Positions 9,312 to 18,139 of a stretch of DNA of 64,000 nucleotides are shown one piece after another. The DNA lies in NCBI GenBank assembly GCA_049976445.1, contig JBMFIF010000003.1:3629-67628 (forward strand). Reading direction: 5' to 3'. The notes under the pieces were generated by a model. The model saw only the letters and a program-made list of their open reading frames with translations. It made no database searches and was not told the DNA's origin. The first letter of the stretch is position 1. Each line of letters begins with the position of its first letter. Both the position numbers and the translations under genes were made by a program. The DNA is from Thermoprotei archaeon (GTDB taxonomy: Archaea; Thermoproteota; Thermoprotei; Gearchaeales; WAQG01).

Positions 9312-10221
9312 GTTAATTGCTATTCAATTTTTAAAAGTAACCTTTTTACTATTATTTATGTCATTACTAACACTATTATTTACACTTAATTTACAATATA
9401 ATGGGACCGGAACTATAATAAGAAATGCTACTGGTACTACAAATATTCAAACAGCAACAGGTGAAGCTGCATTCATGGCGGTTTCTGCACTTATTGGTGC
9501 ATCTCTAATATTTTTCTTATTGCTTAAGCATAAGTTCACTTTTATTTATCTACTTTTTATCAGCTCAATGTTTATAGTTACATTTGTAGCACTTGAACTA
9601 CATTTAACATCATTACTGAATTTTAACCAAATTAATGAAAATATCTTGATACTAATGTCTCTGTTACTCTCGCTTATTATAGTTTATTCTGTCTTCATAA
9701 ATAAAAATATAACAATAAATACTATTGGATTAACATTCTTCGTAAGTATCACAGGGTCATTATTAGGAATCATGTTTACTGATGTACAAATCACACTAAT
9801 TCTTCTTATATTATCACTTTATGATATTTTTACAGTTACAAAAGGACCATTAAAAAAGATTGTAATAAAAATAAATGAGATCGAAGAAAAAACAATGAAA
9901 GGAATCATTTCAGATACAAGTCACATAAATTCTCAAAGTAAAAATGTAATGACAGAAAAAAAGTTAAATTTTCGACGAGGAATGTTCCTTACTCTAGGTC
10001 ATGTTGAGTTCGGAATTGGTGATATGTTGTTTTATTCTGCAATTATATCTAATGCCTTCACTATAGCATTCTTAGTTTATACTATAACGTTAATAGGAGT
10101 AATTATTGGTGTCGGATTTACTCTTTACCTATTAACTCGAAGAGAATTAGTTCCTGGATTACCAATACCATCGTTATTAGGTTTGATAGCTTTATGGATC
10201 ACAAAGCTCTTTTTAATATAA
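9262..10221 (+). CDS. Presenilin-family GxGD intramembrane aspartyl protease
   Basis: About 9 hydrophobic segments; LYDIFTVTKGPL, FGIGDMLFYS, VPGLPIP (PAL-like). Confidence 0.88.
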   Translation: MVLMSKLQKTDTQYRYKLIAIQFLKVTFLLLFMSLLTLLFTLNLQYNGTGTIIRNATGTTNIQTATGEAAFMAVSALIGASLIFFLLLKHKFTFIYLLFISSMFIVTFVALELHLTSLLNFNQINENILILMSLLLSLIIVYSVFINKNITINTIGLTFFVSITGSLLGIMFTDVQITLILLILSLYDIFTVTKGPLKKIVIKINEIEEKTMKGIISDTSHINSQSKNVMTEKKLNFRRGMFLTLGHVEFGIGDMLFYSAIISNAFTIAFLVYTITLIGVIIGVGFTLYLLTRRELVPGLPIPSLLGLIALWITKLFLI

Positions 10222-10225
10222 ATGG

Positions 10226-10420
10226 TTATAATGTTACGATCGGGCATGTAATTTGTTTTATTAAATTTTCAGCTTTTTCTGGTGATATTTTATAAGTATA
10301 TAATTTTGATGATGTGCGCAATTTTAATTTTACAACATCACCGCTTCTTTTAACACGACATTCTTTAGCTCTTTTAGCAATTTCTAAAAATTCTTTTTCA
10401 TCAAATATTTCTACTGGCAT
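10226..10420 (-). CDS. rpl38e: 50S ribosomal protein L38e
   Basis: MPVEI.D..EFLEIAKRA...RVKR....VKLKLRTSSKLYT. Confidence 0.92.
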   Translation of the reverse strand: MPVEIFDEKEFLEIAKRAKECRVKRSGDVVKLKLRTSSKLYTYKISPEKAENLIKQITCPIVTL

Positions 10421-10496
10421 TTCCGCTCACTTACCTGTCATTATAAAATTCTAGTTAATATTTTTATTGTCATATTCTAAATTATTTAAAAAAGCT

Positions 10497-10793
10497 TTAT
10501 AGAGATTGTCCAGTAGAAGCAGAATAATTCTCTAGGATTATCCCCCTGCTGTTAGTAAGGAAGACCTTTGGAGCACTAATTCCAAGCTCTGCTGACAAGT
10601 CTTCGGCGATCTTAGAAATACTTCCATCTTCAGCCTTGTAATCAACATCTTTCAATACAAGCTTAATCGACCTTACATAAGCCTCATGAAAATTTTTAGC
10701 TATGAAAATTAGGATGAATAGGCATGCAGCAAGCAGTAGTCTCAGCTTGTCATGATAAAATTTTCTTATATAACCATTTATAAAGTAAAGTGC
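10497..10793 (-). pseudogene. Start-less 98-residue gene fragment, possibly from an M48/HtpX-like membrane peptidase
   Basis: Hand translation ...KLRLLLAACLFILIFIAKNF...ISKIAEDLSAELGISAPKVFLTNS...; no HEXXH and no start codon near the 5' end. Confidence 0.4.
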
Positions 10794-10989
10794 TTAAACT
10801 TTAACATGACATGCAAAGACTACCGTTTTGAAGTGATGCACATAACAAAGTGAACCTAATTTTTGATTTTTGTATCTGTTGTCTGTATCATGATGCAGTC
10901 TATTTAATCTATAATTCTTAGGCGCATATATTTAACTTTCATATTTCATTAATTATGAGGAAAAATGTTGTATTTATCTAAAAATTAGA

Positions 10990-11064
10990 TGGGCCGGGCC
11001 GGATTTGAACCGGCGACCACTGCCTCGTAAGGGCAGCATCCTAACCAGTCTAGACGACCGGCCC
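10990..11064 (-). tRNA. tRNA-Val(TAC)
   Basis: Reverse complement gggccggtcgtctagactggttaggatg-ctgcc-ct-TAC-ga-ggcag-tggtcgccggttcaaatccggcccggccc-a. Confidence 0.97.
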
Positions 11065-11143
11065 TCTGTTAATGTAAGTAAAACGAGATTTTTAAGTATA
11101 TCGTCATTATTTTGCTGAGTAAGGGATATCGTCTAAAGTGAGT

Positions 11144-11701
11144 TTATGGATCGTCTATTGAGATTATTGTTGGTTGGCTTTCGGATTCTATTTTTTTCAT
11201 TAAATCCTCTATAAATTTAATAATCATAGAGTTATCTTGAGTTTCTAAAACTGAATCGCATTCTGGGCATTTGAAGCTATGATCGTATGCTTCATCGAAT
11301 GTGTATCTTTTTTCAGGATGGTTTGGACATGCAAAAAACATGTTTTGTTTCTCGTATTCTAATCTGGTTTTAAGTTTTTCGAGAACTATTTTTTTTCGTC
11401 TGAGTACTACGTTGGCTAAATTTTCGTAATCTAGGCTCCAATAATATGTAAACCAACCTGTGTCTGGTTCTTTTTCTCTTCGATATTTTACGATTCCTAC
11501 GTCAAAGAGCTCGTAAAGTACTTTTCTTATTACACTCAGTTTAAGTCCAGTTCTTTTTATTAGCCACTCTTCAGTAGTTTCTCTTCTCTCTGAGAGTGCA
11601 ATAACTATGGGTTCTGCGACTGGCCCTACAAATGTTCTAGCCAGCTTTGATATGTATGATCTGAATTTCGCTTGATTTTCTGATCTTGACATTTTGCTCA
11701 T
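11144..11701 (-). CDS. tfe: Transcription factor E alpha subunit
   Basis: Winged helix (IRKVLYEL...GWFTYYW) plus zinc ribbon CPNH..RYTFDEA...FKCPEC. Confidence 0.95.
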   Translation of the reverse strand: MSKMSRSENQAKFRSYISKLARTFVGPVAEPIVIALSERRETTEEWLIKRTGLKLSVIRKVLYELFDVGIVKYRREKEPDTGWFTYYWSLDYENLANVVLRRKKIVLEKLKTRLEYEKQNMFFACPNHPEKRYTFDEAYDHSFKCPECDSVLETQDNSMIIKFIEDLMKKIESESQPTIISIDDP

Positions 11702-11763
11702 TTATTATTTAACCTTAAGATATTTAACTTTTAATATAGCATATTAGCGGGATTCAAGAGGTA

Positions 11764-12300
11764 TTATTCATTAGGTTTTATATTAATTACTTTTTTCCCA
11801 CGTTCTGATGGTATGATTTGTATTTTAGCGTTGGTGAAAGTTTTATAAAATTCTTTACCTTCAAATAAGTGATCGAGAAATACTGCAAGAGCGGCTACTT
11901 CGCTATGAGGTTGATTTGTTACTGAGACATTATATGTTGCCATCTCATAAATTTCTTTAGGCACTTTTGATGCTCCAATTATTATTAATTTATCTTTATT
12001 GCTAGTTTTTATCTTATCTATTATAGATGGTAATGGAAGGCCATACATCGTAAGATGTATTACTTCATTTCCGTTTTCAACCCATTTTTTAATGAAACTT
12101 CTCCATGAAATGCCCATTTTTAGTATAAATGGACCGCCGAATCTATTTATTACGTCATGAATCTTCCTTTCTATTTTTTCATCTACAGTATCGAATATGA
12201 TACCATCTGCACCAAATGCCCTAGCTACTAATGCACAATGGGTACTCACTCTTTTGTCTCGTTCAGGTCTATGTCCTAGTCTGAATACAAAGATTTTCAT
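11764..12300 (-). CDS. trm56: tRNA (cytidine(56)-2'-O)-methyltransferase
   Basis: RLGHRPERDKRVSTHCALVARAFGA, IHLTMYG, NQPHSEVAALAVFLD. Confidence 0.97.
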   Translation of the reverse strand: MKIFVFRLGHRPERDKRVSTHCALVARAFGADGIIFDTVDEKIERKIHDVINRFGGPFILKMGISWRSFIKKWVENGNEVIHLTMYGLPLPSIIDKIKTSNKDKLIIIGASKVPKEIYEMATYNVSVTNQPHSEVAALAVFLDHLFEGKEFYKTFTNAKIQIIPSERGKKVINIKPNE

Positions 12301-12824
12301 TTTGTCTCGTCAGTCTTTTTAGGCATTTTAAGTTTTGCAACATCACCTAATGTTAAATCTATTGATATAGAATTTTGGCTTAAATTTGTGACCGAGGGGA
12401 TTTTCTCAATAAGAGGGATGCCCAATATTTTCTCTATTTTCCTTGCTAACTGGATACTAGGAATGATGGACCCCGCCTCAATCTTTTTTATTACAGAAAC
12501 TTTTTCGCCTAACTGACTAGCTAAAAAGTCTTGGGTCCATCCTAATCTTTCTCTAGCAGATTTTATTAGAGATGGATATTCATCAACAACTTTTATATCC
12601 TCATTAAAAATATCTTTTTCGAATTTTCTTTGAACAGTCCTACTACTTGGTTTTGGCTGTATTTTAGATTGTGCTGAGAGCGTTTGAATTTGTGAAACTT
12701 GTCTAGTCTTTATTGGCGTACCGTATCGTGAACATTCATTGCAGACGGTTAATTTTGCCCCTCCTATTAAGATAGTAACAGGTTGACCTTTAATAGGTTT
12801 ACCGCAGATTTCGCATGTAAGCAA
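12297..12824 (-). CDS. mbf1: Multiprotein bridging factor aMBF1
   Basis: CEICG...VCNEC zinc ribbon, HTH (IKSARERLGWTQ), LTLGDV. Confidence 0.95.
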   Translation of the reverse strand: MLTCEICGKPIKGQPVTILIGGAKLTVCNECSRYGTPIKTRQVSQIQTLSAQSKIQPKPSSRTVQRKFEKDIFNEDIKVVDEYPSLIKSARERLGWTQDFLASQLGEKVSVIKKIEAGSIIPSIQLARKIEKILGIPLIEKIPSVTNLSQNSISIDLTLGDVAKLKMPKKTDETK

Positions 12825-12881
12825 AGCTTACACCACTATATAAGTATTTTAAGGTGAAATATATCTTAATCTTCTTGTAAG

Positions 12882-13355
12882 GTGGTGATTCTTCTGAACG
12901 TGATGTTATCACAAATTAGGAGGATAGCAGACTACCAGTTTGGCTTAGGGGTTGGTAAAATATTGTTTCCTGATAATGTTAACATTGAACTTTCAAAACA
13001 AGGAAGACCAAGAAGGATTTATTTAAACAATAAGCTGATAGCCACTATACGTGCACGTGATGGATATATTGCACTCACATTAGATGGTGCAAGAATACTA
13101 TTACAAAGTAATTTGGTAGAAAAAAATATTGTAATCATATCTGAGGATGCAGTACCTTTTGTAAAAAATGGGCGTAATGTATTCGTTAAATTTATTGAGC
13201 ATGCCCCTAAAGAACTAAAAGCAGGTGAAGAAGTTATTATAGTTAACAAAAGGAAAGAATTAATAGCTGTTGGAAGAGCTATTTTAAATGGTGAAGAGAT
13301 GTTAAGTTTAAAGTCTGGATTAGCAATTAAAGTTAGGAGGGGTGTTGAAGATTGA
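12882..13355 (+). CDS. Stand-alone TGT C2 plus PUA domain protein
   Basis: IADYQFG, GRPRRIY...IATIRARDG, GRNVFVKF, GEEV...AVGRA...GLAIKVR. Confidence 0.88.
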   Translation: MVILLNVMLSQIRRIADYQFGLGVGKILFPDNVNIELSKQGRPRRIYLNNKLIATIRARDGYIALTLDGARILLQSNLVEKNIVIISEDAVPFVKNGRNVFVKFIEHAPKELKAGEEVIIVNKRKELIAVGRAILNGEEMLSLKSGLAIKVRRGVED

Positions 13356-13729
13356 GCAGGATTATGAACAGAAACATGATGCGAACTTTACAACGTATGG
13401 GCATTAGCGTGGAACCACTCAATGGTGTCAGAGAAGTCCATTTAATATTTGATGATAAGACTCTGAAACTTATTAATCCATCAGTAATGGTAACAAAAGC
13501 TGGTGGACAAGATATATATCAGATAGTCGCTGAAAAGATAGTAGAAGAAAGACAGGCTCTCCAAACACCGTTATCAAAACCTGAAGAACAACCTCTAACT
13601 ATTCCAGAAGAGGATGTGGTGTTAGTTGCAGAGCAAACAGGTGTTTCAAAGGAAAAAGCAAAACAAGCACTAATGCAAACCAATGGAGATATAGCGGCTG
13701 CAATACTTATGCTAAAGTCAAAGAGGTAA
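13352..13729 (+). CDS. nac: Nascent polypeptide-associated complex protein
   Basis: MMRTLQRMGI..EV.....NPSV...GQDIYQI plus UBA-like EEDVVLVAEQTGVS...GDIAAAIL. Confidence 0.95.
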   Translation: MSRIMNRNMMRTLQRMGISVEPLNGVREVHLIFDDKTLKLINPSVMVTKAGGQDIYQIVAEKIVEERQALQTPLSKPEEQPLTIPEEDVVLVAEQTGVSKEKAKQALMQTNGDIAAAILMLKSKR

Positions 13730-13734
13730 ATCAT

Positions 13735-14262
13735 TTGTTAACAGTACGTACTAATGGTTTAATAGTACTAATTCAAGGAATAAAAGTTCGTTCACCAATT
13801 AATATTAACTCACTTAAAAAAATTCTTGAAAAAGCTAATAGTAATAATTACGTTATACAGTTAATTGATGCAGATATTGTCGCTTCTCTTCATCATTTAA
13901 TCGCGGCAATAATTAGAACAGAACGTTCTTTTCATTCAAAAAGGAATATTTCGCACAAAAAGCACGTAGAATTGCTCTTGCGATTATGTGGTACACGTCA
14001 GATTTCTGATGCAATAAAAATTGCTGGTATAAAACCAGATTCTGTTAATGTTATACTCATATGTTATGGAAAAACAGAATGTCCACACGTTAAAACGATC
14101 CTTAATATGATTGATGGTGATTTAGAAAATAATATTCTTTACCTTAATAAAGAAAAGAGAAATAAGTTAATCAAGATTTATAATTTACCGTCTAGCATTT
14201 CTGATGAAGATTTAATAAAGTATGTACTTTTTAAAACATCGTTAATAGAGATAGAATCGTGA
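13735..14262 (+). CDS. cgi121: KEOPS complex subunit Cgi121
   Basis: QLIDADIVAS..HL.AA, NIS....ELLLRLCGTRQISDAIK.AG. Confidence 0.9.
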   Translation: MLTVRTNGLIVLIQGIKVRSPININSLKKILEKANSNNYVIQLIDADIVASLHHLIAAIIRTERSFHSKRNISHKKHVELLLRLCGTRQISDAIKIAGIKPDSVNVILICYGKTECPHVKTILNMIDGDLENNILYLNKEKRNKLIKIYNLPSSISDEDLIKYVLFKTSLIEIES

Positions 14263-14265
14263 TAA

Positions 14266-14356
14266 TGGGCCGGGCCGGACTTGAACCGGCGACCACCACC
14301 GCGTCAGGGTGGCATCCTACCAATCTAGACGACCGTTCTGTGCCATTAGGCAGCCC
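14266..14356 (-). tRNA. tRNA-Val(GAC) with a 17-nt intron (14336-14352) in the acceptor stem at position 4/5
   Basis: gggc[tgcctaatggcacagaa]cggtcgtctagattggtaggatg-ccacc-ct-GAC-gc-ggtgg-tggtcgccggttcaagtccggcccggccc-a; the spliced 5' end equals that of tRNA-Val(TAC). Confidence 0.85.
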
Positions 14357-14497
14357 AGGGTTACCCGACCCATAAATATTTTAAAAAGACTGCAATATAA
14401 CCTATTCGCTTATTTTTTAATGATAAAAATAATATTTCACGCACAATAATAAATTTATTTAAATATCACTCTAACTAATATAAAATGAGGTGAAACA

Positions 14498-17002
14498 ATG
14501 TCGGTGAACTCTGATTTAAAGGCTAAAGTAGGGCGTGATTTTGCTTTTCCTGAATACAGGCCTCGTTATCCGCGAGACCCACTCTATAAACTTAGGCATA
14601 TTAGGGCTGAGCTTAAAATTGATGTGTGGAATCGCTCAGTTGATGGAAAAGTTACTTATATTGTGAACGGAAATCGTTCTCACGTAACTTATATTGATCT
14701 TGATGCTGTTGAAATGATCATTAAGGCAGTAAAAAATATTTCTGGCAAAGAATTACGTTTTGATTATGATGGAAAGGTTCTCAGGGTATATCCTGAAACA
14801 GAGATTTCGGATGATACTGAGTATACATTTATAGTTGAATATTCTGCAAAGCCTCGTAAAGGCCTTTATTTTATACTTCCTGATAAGTACTATCCAGATC
14901 GCGTGCCTCAAGTATGGAGTCAGGGAGAAGCAGAAGATAATAAGTATTGGTTACCAATTTATGACTATCCTAATAATAAAACTACTGCCGAGATTATAAT
15001 TACAACTCAATCTAATTTCGTAGTAGTATCAAACGGTGATTTAGTGTCTATCATTGAAAAAAATGGGTGGAAAACATGGCATTGGAAATTAGATAAACCT
15101 AATTCTACATACTTGTTAAGTATTGCTATAGGTGATTTTTCAAAATTTGAAGAAGTTCATGATGGAATAAAGTTTGAATACTATGTTCCTAGGGGACGAG
15201 AAAATGATGTAGAAAGAAGTTTTCGGAAGACTCCTGATATGATGAGGTTCTTTAGCGAATATACAGGTATACCATATCCTTATAAAAGATATGCACAAGT
15301 CTGCGTGTCTGATTTTATTTTTGGAGGCATGGAAAATGTGACGGCAGCAACGTTAACTGATACAACGCTTCATGATGAAAAAGCTCATATGGATTTCTTT
15401 AGTGAACCATTAGTTGCGCATGAGCTTGCACATCAATGGTTTGGTGATATGGTTACAACCAAAGATTGGGCTAATATATGGCTTAATGAATCTTTTGCTA
15501 CTTACTTCGAGAATCTCTATCTTGAAAGAGATCGAGGAAATGCAGAATTTATTTATGAAGTATACAGGGACTTACAATCATATTTAGATGAATATAGGAC
15601 TAGGTATGCGCGTCCTATTGTAACACGATTATATGCTATACCAGATGAAGTCTTTGATGGACATGCCTATCCTAAAGGTGCTGTTGTTCTGCATATGTTA
15701 AGGAATATTATAGGTGACGAAATGTTCAGAAAAGCCATAAATCTTTATCTTAATCGTTATAAGTTTAGTAATGCAGATACTGAGGATCTGAGAAAATGTA
15801 TTGAAGAGGTGACAGGCAAAAATTTTGAGTGGTTCTTTGATCAATTTGTTTATAGTTCAGGGCATCCTGTATTAAAAATATCATACTCATGGGAACCAAA
15901 TTCTAAGCTCTTGAAAATAACTATTAAGCAAACACAGGGTGATGATTCATTAAGTGTCTATAAACTACCTCTTGAAATAGAAATAAGGAAAGGTTCTATA
16001 AAAATTAGAAAAACATTTTGGATCGATGAACGAGAGCAAATTATTTACATACCATTTGAAGATAAACCTGATTATGTATGTATTGATCCAGAGCTTAAAA
16101 ATCTAATGGTTTTGGATATAGATGCTGGTATAGAAGAGTGGATAAAACAATTAGAATGCGAATATGTATATTGTAAGATCTTGGCTGCAAATGCTTTAGG
16201 TAAGATTGGTGGAAGCAGAGCTGTAGAAGCATTAAAAAAGGCCTTAATTTCTGATGAATACTGGTTTATAAAATCGGAAAGCGCTAAGGCTCTTGGTAAA
16301 ATAGGTAGTAGTGAAGCGAAGGAGGCTTTGCTTGAAGGACTTGAAAAAGTAAAGGAAGCCCGAGCTCGTCGTTCAATTGTTGATGCGCTTAGTAACTTTA
16401 AAGAAGATAACGTTGCTACCGCTCTTCTTAAGGTTCTTAAAAATAATGATGAGAGTTATTATGTGAGATATCAGGCTGCAGTAAGTTTAGGAAAAATGAA
16501 AAGGAAAGAATACTTCAATGATCTTGTTGAAGTATTAAGTGTGCCCTCGCACAATTATGTAATCACAGTAGGTTCATTATTAGGTCTTGGAGAATTAGGT
16601 AGTGATGATGCTTTGAAGATTATAATGGATCATACTGAATTAGGGAAACCAGGTTTAGTAAGAATAGGAGCTATTCTTGCGTTAGCAAAGTTTCCAGGAA
16701 AAGTGGAAGTGATAAAGAAGTTAGAAGAGTTATCAAAGGATCCGGATCTAAGGATCCGTTCAGCAGTGATCCGCGCAACAGCAGAATTAATGGATCCTAG
16801 GTTACTTCCAATGTTAGATGCATTATCAGCTACAGACCTTCATGGACGTATAATTAGGTCAGCTAGAGAAACAGCAGTAAAAATTAGATCGTCAATGGAA
16901 AAAGGTTTAGAATATAAACAGTTAAGGGAAGAATTAGATAAAATTAGAGAGGAAAACAGGAAATTACTTGAAAGAATTGCTAAGATTGAATCGAAGGGAT
17001 AG
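14498..17002 (+). CDS. M1 family aminopeptidase with C-terminal HEAT-like repeats and coiled-coil tail
   Basis: GGMEN, HELAHQWFG..WLNESFATY, YPKGA; repeated AANALGKIG/SAKALGKIG/AAVSLGKM units. Confidence 0.92.
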   Translation: MSVNSDLKAKVGRDFAFPEYRPRYPRDPLYKLRHIRAELKIDVWNRSVDGKVTYIVNGNRSHVTYIDLDAVEMIIKAVKNISGKELRFDYDGKVLRVYPETEISDDTEYTFIVEYSAKPRKGLYFILPDKYYPDRVPQVWSQGEAEDNKYWLPIYDYPNNKTTAEIIITTQSNFVVVSNGDLVSIIEKNGWKTWHWKLDKPNSTYLLSIAIGDFSKFEEVHDGIKFEYYVPRGRENDVERSFRKTPDMMRFFSEYTGIPYPYKRYAQVCVSDFIFGGMENVTAATLTDTTLHDEKAHMDFFSEPLVAHELAHQWFGDMVTTKDWANIWLNESFATYFENLYLERDRGNAEFIYEVYRDLQSYLDEYRTRYARPIVTRLYAIPDEVFDGHAYPKGAVVLHMLRNIIGDEMFRKAINLYLNRYKFSNADTEDLRKCIEEVTGKNFEWFFDQFVYSSGHPVLKISYSWEPNSKLLKITIKQTQGDDSLSVYKLPLEIEIRKGSIKIRKTFWIDEREQIIYIPFEDKPDYVCIDPELKNLMVLDIDAGIEEWIKQLECEYVYCKILAANALGKIGGSRAVEALKKALISDEYWFIKSESAKALGKIGSSEAKEALLEGLEKVKEARARRSIVDALSNFKEDNVATALLKVLKNNDESYYVRYQAAVSLGKMKRKEYFNDLVEVLSVPSHNYVITVGSLLGLGELGSDDALKIIMDHTELGKPGLVRIGAILALAKFPGKVEVIKKLEELSKDPDLRIRSAVIRATAELMDPRLLPMLDALSATDLHGRIIRSARETAVKIRSSMEKGLEYKQLREELDKIREENRKLLERIAKIESKG

Positions 17003-17006
17003 TTAA

Positions 17007-18095
17007 TCACTTTATATTAATTTTTATCCAGCAATGCCCACGTAGGTTTCCCAAAGCAATGTTTATCTTTACCTTGGTATGTACTATTTTTTCTGATTTT
17101 AATGTAATATTGGCTTTACCTATATATTTAATAATTTCTAAATCGTTACCTGTGACTTTACCTACATTTGTTAAATCAACCCATGTTTCTAAAGGTTCAA
17201 CATTAAATTTAGATCCAATTGTATAAAAGTTTATGAAATAAGGTTCATTAATTTTTCCATGATCCTGTACATCGACTATTACAACCGGGTTTATTAGTAT
17301 TGAAGCTATTTCTGGTGATATGACTTTTTCCCATGATTCTCTACTAACTGTCTCTGCAAATTTTGTCATTTTTTCTATATTACCTGATTCAAAGAAACCA
17401 CTTGTTGCGTCCCAAATAGCTTGAGATCTCCAGTATTCATCATCAATCTCATTAAGAACCGTTATTATATCATTTATTAGAAAGCCCCATTTAGCAAGGA
17501 GTCTTACAAAATCAGACATTATTTGAAATCTTTGAGATTTATCTTGAATGAAATTTATATCATTCATGATCAAATTAATAAGTTGGTCTCTATATTCGCT
17601 AAGTTCGCTATTTAAAATATTACCTAACATGATTAGAAGTTCTGATCTATTTAAAGGATCGTTAATATTTTCTATGCTATCAAATATTTCATTAATAGTT
17701 TCTTTAAAAACACCATATTCTAGAAATATTCCAGCGATCTGAAGTATTCTAATAATTGCTGACAATCGGTTATACAAATCTTTTAACTCTTTTGCATATG
17801 AAAAAGCTTTATTAATGATCTCTGATGCCTTTTCTATATAATAACCTTCGGCATATATTTCAGCTAATTTTGCAAGCAACCATACATAATCCTCACCTTT
17901 TTCCATTGTACTAAGCTCTTTATCAGCAAGTTGTAATATTGTTTGCGCCTCATTTAATTTATTAATATTCATGAATATTTTTGATATTTCTAATTGGTAC
18001 AACATTTTCCAGTAAAAATTATTTTCAGTTTTTAACATAGATTGTAATCGGTGTATTTCCTTCTCAGGGTTAATTAATTTAATGAGATATTTCAT
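17007..18095 (-). CDS. Hypothetical protein: TPR-like helical repeats plus beta-rich C-terminal domain
   Basis: 362-aa ORF; repeated LAKLAEIYAE/KASEIINKAFSYAKELKD-type helices. Confidence 0.6.
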   Translation of the reverse strand: MKYLIKLINPEKEIHRLQSMLKTENNFYWKMLYQLEISKIFMNINKLNEAQTILQLADKELSTMEKGEDYVWLLAKLAEIYAEGYYIEKASEIINKAFSYAKELKDLYNRLSAIIRILQIAGIFLEYGVFKETINEIFDSIENINDPLNRSELLIMLGNILNSELSEYRDQLINLIMNDINFIQDKSQRFQIMSDFVRLLAKWGFLINDIITVLNEIDDEYWRSQAIWDATSGFFESGNIEKMTKFAETVSRESWEKVISPEIASILINPVVIVDVQDHGKINEPYFINFYTIGSKFNVEPLETWVDLTNVGKVTGNDLEIIKYIGKANITLKSEKIVHTKVKINIALGNLRGHCWIKINIK

Positions 18096-18139
18096 CCTAT
18101 TAGTAAATGATTTTTTACTAAATAAAGTTGTAGTACGAA

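Noticed and set aside
14333..14371. Single 32-nt intron after GGGT/GGGTCGG
   Set aside because: Registers 4/5 to 7/8 gave poor BHB pairing by hand compared with the 17-nt model; kept only as an alternative
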